Notes under the pieces: model-generated | The model's input: only the letters and a program-made list of their open reading frames with translations | Told to the model about the DNA's origin: nothing | Database searches by the model: none | NCBI RefSeq assembly: GCF_006345805.1 | Contig: NC_043008.1 | Span: 17,422,001-17,486,000 of the forward strand | DNA length: 64,000 bases | Origin: Octopus sinensis | Taxonomy: Eukaryota | Reading direction: 5' to 3' | Program-made: the position numbers and the translations under genes | Shown here: in pieces, positions 48,591 to 62,283 of the stretch | Layout of the letters: the number at the start of each line of letters is the position of its first letter | Position numbering within the stretch: the stretch's first letter is position 1

Positions 48591-50967
48591 GGTAAGATAG
48601 TACGTGTATATATATATATATATATATATCAATAACAAAGTCACTTTGATCCGTGAAAGAGAGGTGCAACCAGAGGTAAGTATCCTTAGATGTAAAAAAA
48701 TCCAATGCAGAGGTAAGAGTTGGTAGTGGTAGTGGTAGAATATAGGATAAAAGTGATATATATACGACCTTCCACACAGTTCCGTTTACCCTCACAAGAC
48801 ATTGATTGTCCCGGAACTCTAATAGAAGACACTTGCGTAAGCTAACTCTCACACAGTGGGACTAAACCTGGGACCATGTATTTAGAATAGTAAAGAGTTG
48901 TTATTTGGCGAAAGCTTTACTGTGGTATTCCCAACACACATACACGAACACACACGCAGACAAATACGAAAGACGGAGAGTACGTTTATGTTTATATGCG
49001 AGAATGTGATTGAATACCATGGCTTTCGTTTACCAAATTTCCCTTCCAAGACATTACTCAAACCGAGGTTTCTCTATGAGCCATTTGTATATTGTATCAC
49101 ACAATCATATCGAGCTTAGAAACTAGACGGTATTTTGAAGAAATAGCATTAAAGTAACACTACTTTATAAATTCAACAATTGTGAAACAATTCCTGTTAA
49201 ATATAAGTTAGATTTTCATATTGAAAAATCTCCGCATGATATTATTCTTTCTATATTTTTGTGTAATGATAGATTTGTGAAAGTATTTGTTTAAAATAAA
49301 ACTGAAGACACATTATATCAGACGTATGAAAATCAATAATCACTTAGATTCTGTTACAATATATGATAATAAATGTTTTCCATTGTCTTCTCGTTTTTTT
49401 TCAACGTAATTATAAATATTTGACTAACAGATTCCCCTCTGATATGAGGCAGTAATAGATACGATTGATAAATTTTGAATCTCAAGCTCAAAATGGTTAA
49501 CATTCTTTATATTTTGTCGTATATATTCGAAAATATTGTACGACAATTAAAAAGCAAATCGTTTACATATGTATACTTACAATTGAAATCCTGTCTTCAT
49601 TGCCGAGGAATGATGTGGTAGTTTTTTGTTTAATTGCATGTGTTATTATCAATTAATAGTAAATTATATTAAATCAATAGATACGTTGAGCTTTCGGCTT
49701 CGATTTTGGACACTCTGAACTTTTCTCATTAGAGTTATGTAAGGCTGGGCTATTGCATTGTGTTCATTACTTATAAATATATTTTTCCTGCAGATAGGCC
49801 TTTGCATGTATTTCTTTGGTAACCTAAAAACACAGAAATGAGGTAGCGAAGCGCTATATCGGCATAGCACAAGGTTGATTTAAGGAGATGTTCTACAATC
49901 ATATGTCATGTTTACATTAATCTGACAAACATACATCCAGGGTAGAGACATGATATATATGATCATGATTGTACAAAAAATATTGAATATAAAATCAAGC
50001 GAACATAGATTAATGGACTCAAGAACTGATAAATTTTGTCTCTTCTAATGTCATTATCGTTCAGAATTTATGAGGAGAATACGTACGTATGTATTTTAGA
50101 ATGTTATGTCTCCTTGCCTTTGTACTTCTTTTTTCTCTGTAATAAAACGGACCTGGTTTTTATTATATTTTATTACAGTTTTCTATTTTACACGAAAATT
50201 TACAATTTCGTCACATTCACTAATTCTTTGCTGTTCAGAGAATCACCACATACAGGAATGGATCTGTTTCAGACATGAAAACTATGGTAGCCTGTATATG
50301 AATGACAACGTTAGGGAATAATAGACTCTTTACTGAGTTGAATAACATGATAGAAACACTAGTAAAATCATCTGAGCATCAGTCTGAATACCTTGCATTT
50401 CTTGTTCTCACTTTCAGTGAATAATGTTCATATTATGGTGCGATCAACTTCATCCTCACGAAACAATTACTCCAGCATGGCTGCAGGAATGACTTAAGCA
50501 TTTAAAAGATATGTATATATGTGTGTGTGTGTATTTCTGTTATTGAATTGGTACGATGATTGGACACGGCCTTTTGGGGTTTTTTTAAACAAAATTATCC
50601 TACCACCAAATACTTTAAATTCCATACATATTCTATCAAACTTCTTTACGGGTCACTAAATTTCGAAGAGCTAGAGAAACCAACATCACCTGTCAAGCGG
50701 TAGTATGACTCAAACACACACACATAGAAACACATATATATATGCATGAATACATGTATATGGATCAAACTTCTTTCAATTTCTCTTTACCAAATCCAAT
50801 AAGAAGACTTGGTTGACTCGGAGCTTTAGTACAAGTTTCTTGTATAAGGTACAACGCAGAGGGAGTGGAGTTTTAAGTCTGTGATTGCAAAGCAAACTTC
50901 CTACGGTACAGTCAAGCTGTATAATATGTGTACATTTGTGTCTGTGTGTTTGATGTAAGTATATATA

Positions 50968-51029
<62 letters not shown>

Positions 51030-52232
51030 CTGTGTGGATGCTCCATCACCGCTTCAGAATAGGTGTTGTGTTGCGCACCTGTAACAAGGCGGTTCGGCAA
51101 GAGAGATCGATAGAATAAGTACCAGGCTTTAAAAATAGTACTCGTGTCCATTCATTCGACTAAAATTTCTTCAATATGGCACTCCAGCATGACCGCAGTA
51201 TAATGACTCAAACGAGGAAAAAATAGAAAAAACACACACAAATATATAAAATATATGGTTAAACTAAAGCGTTTAACCTGAGCAAAAAAAAAAAGAGAAT
51301 AGTGTAATAGGTGTAAAACAACTTGCTAATATATCAACATGAATCTTTCTGGAAATCTTTCACAAATAACGTGAAAAAAAAGATGTTATATATTTGTAAA
51401 AAAAAAAATGGAAACTTAAATAACCGGTTGTATTTATGTTTTAGTTATACTGAAGTCAATAATAGAACCATAATTAATGTATGATGGCTAATTGTGTAAA
51501 TCGACTAATATAAACATCTTGTTACTTATTTTAATTCATAATAACAACATCCTAATATTTTCCTGTCGCAATACACAGTTGTTCTATTTTCCCATTTACT
51601 GCAGCTATAGAGAAATTCTTCTTTTTCACCTCCTGTTTAGAAAACAAATTTCTTTCTCCAACCAACCGAGGAATTATTACGCTTTCACTTCGTGTGAGTG
51701 AGACTTTGCTTTAGATGGCAAAATAAATGTGGTGAGTAGAAAATTCCATCTGTTTCTGCTTCCACGCATTATGATAGGGCAATCAGCTGCTAACAAAATG
51801 ATAGGAAATGTCCTGAATTGCTATGAATTTTCAACATTCACAGAACAAATACAAAAGGAACAGTGTAAATTTTCTCGCTCATATGCTATGTTAAGTCTGT
51901 AGATTTTTCTAGTTGACTGTATTTTGAAAACTCTGTGTGAATATTTTCATAAATAATATTTACACACACACACAGCAGCTAAAATACCCTTTTATATATC
52001 CTGCAGATAATGGTTCACATATTCTGTACATTTCGTTCAGAGCGACAACGACACGTAGGAAACTTGATGTCAATAAAGTCGGAAAATACATGAGCGCAAA
52101 TCCCAACACTTCTACATCTACCAATTGCTGGCGGCAATACAATACACACACACAGACACACACATACAGACACACACCCACACACACACAACACACAACA
52201 CACATACATACATACATACATAAATACATACA

Positions 52233-52321
<89 letters not shown>

Positions 52322-52584
52322 CATAGATAGATAGATATAGATATAGATAGATATACATACCTACGTACATGCATACATATACATATATATATATATATGT
52401 GTGTATATACACGCGCATGTATACACAGGTGTATATGTATATATACAAACATGAGAGCGTGTGCGTGTGTCAATAATATGATAAAAGGTCCTTCCCGTGC
52501 CATAGGTTAGTAAGACCGGTTTTCCGGCTTATATATATTACTTACATAAGCATAATACGTATAATATATTATATCCTACATACT

Positions 52585-52780
52585 GTCCTGAAATTTATGG
52601 GGCGGGTTTTTTTATCGATCACATGGAACCCAGTACTTGACTGGTACTTAATTCATCAACCCCGAAAGGATGGAAGGCAAAGTCGATCTCGGCGGAATTT
52701 GAATCGAGAACGTAGCGGCCGGCAAAATGCCGCTACGCATTTCGTCCAGCGTGCTATCGATTCTGACAGCTCGCCATTAC
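52585..52780 (-). mobile_element. SINE type A, diverged
   Basis: GTCGATCTCGGCGGAATTTGAA motif and head remnant. Confidence 0.75.
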
Positions 52781-52939
52781 ATAACTTGATGTTAGAAATC
52801 TAGAAACTAGAATACTATTTGGCTTTTAGAACGTGAAACAGTCGGAAGTGTTCTAATCCCAGAAATGCGTGGCTGCAAAGCGAGCGTCTTACAACAGACA
52901 AACCAGCGACTTAGCTGTTATAGTATTCTTTCAATTTCA

Positions 52940-53200
52940 GTCTACCAAATCCACTCATAAGACTTTGGTCGGCTCGAGGTTATAGTAGAAGACTCTTGCT
53001 CAAGGTAGAATGCAGTGGGGCTGAACCCGGAACCATGTGGTTGGTAAGCAAGCTACTTACAACACGACGTGCTGATATTAGTTTGCTTCCCAACGCTATA
53101 GTAGACGACACTTACCCGAGATACTACGCTATGGGACTGAACCCGGAACCATATGGACCTGAAGCAATTTTTTTACGACACTGCCACGCCTGTGTCTATG
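52940..53200 (-). mobile_element. SINE type B 5' fragments, partly tandem
   Basis: GGGRCTGAACCCGGAACCAT occurs twice (about 53018 and 53133). Confidence 0.7.
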
Positions 53201-53947
53201 GGATATGTTTTTCTAATATTTTCTGACAATCCATACACCAGAATTTCCTAACATAAATATGAGTAAACAATATCTAATTTGGAGGTAAAAATACTGTTTT
53301 TTATCTCATTTTGTACAGTTAACATTTCAAATTATTTCATTGTGTAATCTTAAGTTAAACGTATTAGAAATATATTGTCTATAATAATGACACAGTTATT
53401 CGTTCAGACGTATTTGTATGTTGATTTTTATTATACATAAATAATGTATGTCTATTTAAATACCGTACATTGAAATATCATTTACAAACATTGAATTAAA
53501 AAAATATAAGATGAAAAACAAAACACAAAACTCGAAATAATCCTCAAGAAAATATCAATAGATAAATTTTGAAAGTTGTAATATTATTTATTCAGATATT
53601 TGTCATGAATATTACATCTAAATTTTATAACAAATATACACTTACAATTTGTGTACAGTTTCAATTATTTTTGATGAATACAAATAATTGTAATAAATAG
53701 AAGTATAAACTTAATGTATACTATTGACACGCGGTTTAATACATACGCAAAAACTATAATGTATAATAAGATATTTAGCAGAATATACGTTTGTGTATTG
53801 GAATACTGTTACTGACATATCCCCCAAATTATATAACACTTCAAAATATATTTCTAAACAATGTCTCAACAGCAGAATGAAAGTGATCTCGTACATTGTA
53901 TAATAATTTTACACTGGGCCGTTGCGTCTCTACACTTATACTGAGGA

Positions 53948-54230
53948 TGCGCAATGGCCCAGTGGTTAGGGCAGCGTACTCGCGGTCGGAGGATCGCGGT
54001 TTCGATTCACAGACCGGACGTTGTATGTGTTTATTGAGTGAAAATGCCTAAAGTTCCACGAGGTTCCGGCAGGGGGTTGTGGCGACCCCTGTTATACTCT
54101 TTCACCCCAACTCTTTCTTGGGTAACGCTGCGATGGACTGGAGTCCCGTTCAGCTGGGGGGAGCACATACGCCACAGAAACCGGGAAACCGGGCCCATGA
54201 GCCTGGCTAGGCTTGAAAAGGGCGCATAAA
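53948..54230 (+). mobile_element. SINE with type C head and tail X
   Basis: A box TGGCCCAGTGG, B box GGTTTCGATTC; tail AACGCTGCGATGGACTGGAGTCCCG...GAGCCTGGCTAGG. Confidence 0.85.
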
Positions 54231-54614
54231 TATATGAAAACATATACCTTGTAGTATAAAGCCTGTTCACTGTATACGAGAAGCTACAAACAAACACCAA
54301 AATGTTTATTAATCGAAATAAGTGAAATGGTGATCAAAAAATGAGGTACCTTTTCACTAGTTACCTGTCGAGATACATCTGCACCGATGCACCACAATAG
54401 TTTGTACAACATGACACTTGTGAGATGCTGCACGATGGGTTGAAACGATCGTAATGGTCAATAAAAAATCTCGTGAATTTCATTTCCTTTCCTTTTCTCT
54501 CATATTTTATGTATGAGACAATGTAGAGCCAATAGAAGTCAGAGTAAGGAGAAGCCTGTCGTAAATGGATTTTTTTGTTGTTTTTTTTAGGTTTTTTTTT
54601 TTCAAGGACATATT

Positions 54615-54847
54615 ACTCTTTTACTCTTTACTCTTTTACTTGTTTCAGCCATTTGACTGCGGCCATGCTGGAGCACCGCCTTTAGTCGAGCAAATCGACC
54701 CCGGGACTTATTCTTTGTAAGCCCAGTACTTATTCTATCGGTCTCTTTTTTGCCGAACCGCTAAGTGACGAGGACGTAAACACACCAGCATCGGTTGTCA
54801 AGCAATTCTAGGGGGACAAACACAGACACACAAACACACACACACGC

Positions 54848-54878
<31 letters not shown>

Positions 54879-55120
54879 ATATATATGGTGCCCCAGCATG
54901 GCCACAGCTCATAAGCTGAAACTGGAAAAATCAAAATCAAAATCAATACATATATACGACGGGCTTCTTTCAGTTTCCGTCTACCAAATCCACTCACAAG
55001 GCATTGGTCGGCCCGAGGCTATAGCAGAAGACACTTGCCCAAGATACCACGCTGTGGGACTGAACCCGGAACCATGTGGTTGGTTAGCAAGCTACTTACC
55101 ACACAGCCACTCCTGCGCCT
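54615..55120 (-). mobile_element. SINE type B, full length, with an oppositely oriented variant-tail fragment (54887-54945) in its internal microsatellite
   Basis: Aligns with 46375-46793 apart from the inserted segment. Confidence 0.88.
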
Positions 55121-55486
55121 ATATTAAATATAAAGCTTTCATAATTGTTTGCCTGATTCTTGACCTGAACTCGTCTGTTCAATCATATTTTGTTGTATTT
55201 CGGTTGGGTCATTCTGACATTTACATGACCTTATAGCAAAATTATGCGTTATACTTTCTGCATAGAATGGGAGTAAACTGCTTCAGGTAGTTCCAACTAA
55301 TTCTGTGTCAAAGAATGTCTTGACAGATGGCCATATATCTAAACATTTTCTCAAATCCCACTTTATATTTATAAAAGCTGGCAGGCATATAGCATAATGT
55401 AATTGTGGAAACAGTATTAAAACTGAAAATAAAATATTTATAGCTAGACACATTATTGCTAGAAAACGCATACACAAACACATACA

Positions 55487-55519
<33 letters not shown>

Positions 55520-55859
55520 ACTTCTATGTAGGTACATATATATATATATATATGTGTATATGTGTGTGTGTGTGTGTACATATATATATATATATTATAT
55601 ATATATATATATATATATGAATATATTACGAAAATATATACAGGACAGAGAAATTAGAGAAATTTTCTACCGGTGCAGCAGACAACATATTTTTCATATA
55701 AAATACATTCATATACATAATATACATTCATCCCCATCGAAATTACTCTTAATCGTGGTTTGGACTTTCACTGTTCTTATTATCATGTAAGCTGTCCTGT
55801 TATGGTCACCTCTTTTGTGCGTGAATATACACTAATTTTATATATATATATATATGTGC

Positions 55860-55985
55860 AGATGTGGGTTTGTGGTAAGTAACTTGCTTACCAACGCATG
55901 GTCCCGGGTTCAGTCCCACTGCGTGGCACCTTGCGGAAGTGACTTGTTGGAGAATTCGTTAGACGAAATTGAACGCAGCCCGTCG

Positions 55986-56084
<99 letters not shown>

Positions 56085-56290
56085 TTGTGTGTGTGTGTGT
56101 GTCTGTTTCCCCACCCCCATCATCACTTAACAACTGATGTTGGTGTGTTTACATCCCCGTAACTTAACGATTCGGCAACAGAGACCGAAAGAACGAGTAC
56201 TTACAAAGATTAAGTCGTGGTGTCGATTTGCTCGGCTAAAGGCGGTGCTCCAGCATGGCCGCAGCCAAATGAGTGAAACAAGTAAAAAAA
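55860..56290 (+). mobile_element. SINE type B with long internal (AT)n(GT)n
   Basis: Head, body and tail motifs are all present. Confidence 0.8.
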
Positions 56291-57552
56291 ATAAAAATGA
56301 AAGAATATAAATATAGACATATTAACACTCGCGTATGCACATATGTACGCATACACAAACGTACTTACACGTACGCCACACACAAATATACGCACGCACA
56401 CATACACACGCACTTACAATCGTATATACGTGTTTTGGTCCTCGTCTGTGTGTGTGGTGTGCGTGTATGCACGCTTGTGTTTGTTTATATGTGTGTACAC
56501 ACGATTGTTAATTTGTCTACGTACATCGTATTTGTTTACGATTTATTGTACAAAACTATAAAGCCTTGCTCAATAGACCATTATATAAGAAGTGTATAGA
56601 GTAAACTGTATGAATATGTGGCACCAGGATTACAAATATATACGAGAAGTGCCTATCTCCTCTAACCTATTTAAAGAAATAATGGATAACGGTTGAAAGT
56701 TTTAAATGGCATCTGAACTATTAAGCTGGTTACATTATCATAGTGCACCAACGTTTAGGAATGGGTCAAGATTCAACGACCTGTTTATTACATAAAAATA
56801 TTCCACATCATTCAACACATCACTCAAATTCTAAACAAACAAAAAAAAAACTGAATTGATCAAAATCTGCTGCTATATAGCAAAGCCAGTCGTAACTAAA
56901 TTAAAAGGGAAACAACAAAAAATATACAAAATTCGTAGTGTATATTAGAAAAGGAATATCGTATAGTAACTAAAAATAGTGCAGTCGCATTAACATGTCC
57001 TACTTAGAACTATAACCCACGAAGTGTTAGTCAATTTGTCAGAGAAATAAGGATCAACTGTCTAACTCGATCAAGAGTGTAAGAAATTCGTAGAGACATA
57101 CGTAGATATACATCCATACGCGTGTGTGAACTTACTTATATATACATATATATATATATATATATAACACCGTGGATGGTGTCAGCCTATCTGGTGACGT
57201 TGATGATCGCCTGGGGCTAAATGCATCAGTAACACCCCCCTGCCCTGTCCCTGCCCACCACATTCAAATGGCTAATGTCCCTTATGTTATGGAGCAGTTA
57301 CTGTCTATATCTCGTTTAGAGAATTATATTGCTATATATATATATATATATATATAAGCAATATATGCAGTGTGGCAATCCAAAACAGAATTGTAACCAG
57401 CTGCAATTTGTCCGGGGTGGTAAATGAAAATATCCTAAGCCTCAAAGGTCTGTGTTCCTCAGTTTAAGAGATACCACATGCAGCTTTTGCTCTCATGGCT
57501 AATATTATTACATATATACAACATATATATAAATATTATAATTTATATAGAT

Positions 57553-57647
<95 letters not shown>

Positions 57648-57785
57648 ATAAAAATGGTAAGACAACAAAAGAAAGAAAGAGACCTCGATACTATGTAAAT
57701 AGAGGAATTTATCTGTAAACGTAATATGTGACAATTATTCGGTAGCCAAACACGGATTCCCATATATAAATATATGCGTGTGTGC

Positions 57786-57827
<42 letters not shown>

Positions 57828-58039
57828 ATGTTTTAATGTGTAAGTGTGTGCCTGCGTGTAAATGTGTGTGTGAGATGTGTGTGTGTGAATGCGTGCACCT
57901 GAGGCTCTTTTAAATAAGTACAGTACACATCCCAGTCTCTAAGCAGTGTTTGCTGAAGAAAATGCTCATTATCAATTTTATATTAATCATTTCTTTGTTG
58001 TTTTTATTATTCTTGTTGTTGTTATTAGTAGTATTAGTA

Positions 58040-58190
58040 AGGCGGCGAGCTGGCAGAAACGTTAGCACGCCGTGTGAAATGCTTAGCAGCATTTCGTCTG
58101 CCGCTACGTTCTGAGTTCATATTCCGCCGAGGTCGACTTTGCCTTTCACCCTTACGGGATCGATAAATCAAGTATCAGTGAAACACTAAT
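58040..58190 (+). mobile_element. SINE type A, 3'-truncated
   Basis: Intact head AGGCGGCGAGCTGGCAGAAACGTTAGC. Confidence 0.85.
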
Positions 58191-58305
58191 ACTTGTGCCT
58201 TTAGTCGAAATAATTATCAGTTATATTGGTAATAATAACTGCTACAGCAACTGCCACAATGATAATAAGTATAATAATTTTCATGAGGACGTTATACTCT
58301 ATATA

Positions 58306-58702
58306 TCTTTATATATAAAAGTAAGGTTGTTTGTCTGTCTACTCCGATTTAGATTCCGAACTACTCCCACGTTTTGCGGTGCAGTTTAACCAAAACCGGG
58401 TATCTTATAGTCGTGATTCATATCGAGCCTTTCTGGGTATTAGCGCGCGTCTACGATGAGTCTACGATTTAAAAAAGATTTACCGTCATTTTTTCCCATT
58501 TTAATGCATTTTTCGCTATTATATAAGGGAAGTAACTCTCTAAAAATGTCTACGATGTGTCAACGATTTAAAAAAACATTTACCATCGTTTTTCTTCCAT
58601 TTTTAATGCATTTTTTTTTGCTACTTTTTGGCTATAACTCTCTAAAAATGCTTTATAGTTATTTCCCTTACAAACCCGAGCAACGCCGGGCGATACTGCT
58701 AG
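58306..58702 (+). mobile_element. Non-autonomous Helitron (397 bp)
   Basis: 5' A|TC, a subterminal hairpin CCCG-AGCAACGC-CGGG (58675-58690), and 3' CTAG|T. It contains an internal ~100 bp tandem duplication. Confidence 0.8.
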
Positions 58703-58974
58703 TTGTATATATGATAAGATCATTTACGCTTAAAGTTCCGCTCCGACGAGTGTTATATCTGTGGGTAAGCAACAATGCGATGCCGTTTTGTTCCCAAATC
58801 AATTTTTCGTTTCCTATAAGGACATAACAGGGATCTCCACGTATAAATGGATAGTTCGTAGAACAGTAGAAAAAAATGTGTGTCCAAAATTTATATTTTG
58901 CTACTCAAACAATGAATATAGTGAATCTGGTAAAGCGTGAAGTATTGTCAACAATTAGTTGAAGAAAAATTATG

Positions 58975-59370
58975 TGGTTGTGTGGTAAGAAGCCTGCTTC
59001 ACAAATATATGGGTCCGGGTTCAATCGCACTGCGTGGCACTTTGGGAATGTGTCTTCTGCTATAGTATCTGGCTCACCAAAACCTTGTTAGTGAATTCGC
59101 TACACGGGAACTGAAAGAAACCCACCGAATATATGCTTACATATATACTTATGTTTGTGTGTGTCCTCATGTTTGTATTCCTGTCCTCACCACCAATTGA
59201 CAACCGATGTTGGCATGCTTGCGTTCCCGTAATCTAGTGGTTCAGCATATATATCGATATAATAAGTACCGGGCCTTAAAAAATATGTACTGGATTCGAT
59301 TCATTCGAATAAGAATTCTTCAAGGCGGTGCTCAAGCATGGCCGTAGTCTAATGACTGAAACAAAAAAAA
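58975..59370 (+). mobile_element. SINE type B, diverged
   Basis: Head GTTGTGTGGTAAGAAGCC; tail GGCGGTGCTCAAGCATGGCCGTAGTCTAATGACTGAAAC. Confidence 0.8.
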
Positions 59371-61536
59371 AAGAATGAAAGGTAAAAACCTGATAAGTTA
59401 GATTCTGAGAAACATAAACATGATACAAAAAAAAAGGCGATTAACACGCAGGAAAACCTGTGAAAATACCAACAGGAAGATTGTGTAGTTTAACCCTTCA
59501 AATTTTGTATAAACATAATTTCCAAGAAGGCAGAACAACTTTGGACGTGGTACATATTCGTTACCTTAGTGACCATAACTAACAAGCAAAGTGTTATATC
59601 TTTTGAATAACATAAACATTTGGTACAACTGTACTGAAAACATTTCTTTTCATTTTCCTTCAGAATGTTAATACATCAGTATCTCTGTTTTTTGACTCTT
59701 GCATTCCCAAAGGGGGGTAACTCAAGTAGTATAAAAGAAACCATTGGTGGTCATAGTTGTAGTACTGTGTTTGATAGCGATTTTGATGATGAAAATGTTA
59801 AATAAGGAGGTGGAGAAAGAAAGAGAGACAGAGTAGAGAGAGAGAAAAAAAGAGAGAGAATAAACGATAAAAGCAGGATGTGCTGGAGAAAGTGAGAGTG
59901 AGAAAACATCAGATAAATTTACGTGGAGATAAATAAAGAGAATGTCAGAGAAAACAGAAAAATGAACAAACTAAAGAATGGGATGTAATACTATTAGCGG
60001 GAATAGAAACATACTTAGAAGTAAACAAATGAGAGGGGATGAGGGTAAAAAAGAAAGATAGGGGAAAATGTATGAACACACAGTAGCATGTATCGGGACA
60101 CTAACCAAAGAAAAGCATTTAGATAAAGGATTCTAATTTTTTTTTTCTAAGCTAAAAGAGTTATTAGAAAGAACGCCAGTTGATTTATACTTTGACCTTG
60201 TATTTAAAAATTTCAGGACATGGATACCTTCAAGAAATCTTCGGAAAGAAAATATAAAAGTACAAACCATCTACTTGTATTCTTTCTTATAACTCGTATT
60301 GTTTTAGATTTTCAAGCAATTGAAAATATTTATCAATATCAGATAATGTTTCATGTAAACTACACCACTCTACATTTAGATAGAATAAAACGGGAGAAAA
60401 TAAAACTCTTATCCTATAGACAAAAAATTGTTATGCTACAGACAAAAAAAGGCGAGAAAAGTCAACTCCATGTTAAGAACAGGAAGGATTCACTCCAGAA
60501 TTAAAACGAACCATGGCTCGTTTCGGTAAAAACCGAAATTGAAGGAATGATATGAGCTCTACACGAACAATGACTAGATTCGAAACTGTTGTAAAAATAA
60601 AGAATGCATATGCATCTAACATCAAATGTAAAGTATTCAATCTGTATAATGCAACAGATGACGACATCATTTATTTACGCCTATCACATTCCAAATTATA
60701 ATATATTTCTAGTGTCAACAGCTACACTCAGTGGATAATCTACCCACTCACTGACATAAAACAGGAGAAATTAATACAGTTAAGTATTTAACAAACCAAT
60801 ATATATATGTATAATATGTATTAAATGCAGCTACATAAGGAGGTCTTGGAAAAGTAATCTAAGAGAAGAAAGCTTATCTTCATTTAAGGAGATGAAGTTA
60901 AACCTTCGAAATATAATAATCATGAACCGTATCTAAAATTCATGTAGTCTGGAAGATATCTATATACTTTGTGAAAACAAAAAAATGTTGCCCAAGAGGT
61001 GACAGTGAAACGGATTCTTAAAGAGGTGGTGCTGCTACAAACAAAAAACACTTTCTAGTGAACCTCATTCTAGATTTAGACACGGATGACAGGTCGTTTT
61101 TGACATGCCTCGGACTGTGGCAACTACAGTCTCTTGAAGGTATCAACGTTCTCGTTTAATTTACTGTTATTTTTATTTCTGTCTTTGTTGTTCGAGTCAG
61201 CAAAGAACCCTCAAATGTTTACTTTTTCATTTTCCTTTTGATTATATTTTGTGTTTATTTAATTTTACCAAATCATGTGTAGCAATATGGCTATTTGCCC
61301 TCCATTACAATCTTCGATGCTATTCCTTGTATACGCATGCTTCGAAGAGTTTATTCAATGTCGTATAATCTTTGTGTTCATAATGATAAAATTTCCAATG
61401 TGACCGCACCAATCATGTATACTTTGAGACTTCGGCTCATAAAACCATTGCAAACTCTGCCATGAACGTGGCAATAAGCTATAGGTCAGCATCGTTACGG
61501 GAAACGTTTCCCTGACCTTCGTACCTGCTAATAATA

Positions 61537-61618
<82 letters not shown>

Positions 61619-61647
61619 AAGAAGAAGATTAATAATAATAATAATGA

Positions 61648-61682
<35 letters not shown>

Positions 61683-61694
61683 ATAATAATAATA

Positions 61695-61740
<46 letters not shown>

Positions 61741-61741
<1 letters not shown>

Positions 61742-62146
61742 CCCTAGTGTAGCCAGTTGAGCATGTCTCTTAGTGGCTGACGATATGTGTATCTCTGAAC
61801 ACGAGCAGAAGTATTGGGGGAGCATTATAACCCTCTGTTTAGGAATTTTTGGAGTTCGATAGTTTGCCTCCGGAAATAGAGGTGTTTAATTCAACATCCT
61901 TGAACAGTCCTTATTCAGGTACCTTTTCAGCGGGATGGGCTACACGACCTGAAGAAATTTCTAACTGGGCGCCACCTGCAAGGTTATGCGCTGTTCATCT
62001 TGATATGAGATCACCATGTCGTGCACATATAGTTGTGATGCATGTGCCTAGTGTACCCATATCAGGTGAGTAGTCATGATGGGTATACTGGGCTTCGAAT
62101 ATTTTACCCCAGTGTCATTTTGATGGCATGCACTGCTCTCTCACAC
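61741..62146. mobile_element. TAA-bracketed non-coding element, copy 3 (left part deleted)
   Basis: It starts GCCCT, resumes at CCAGTTGAGCATGTC and ends GCTCTCTCACAC; (TAA)n on both sides. Confidence 0.85.
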
Positions 62147-62217
62147 AATAATGATAATAATAATAATAATGATAATAATAATGATAATGATAATGATAGT
62201 GATAATGATAATAATAA

Positions 62218-62283
<66 letters not shown>

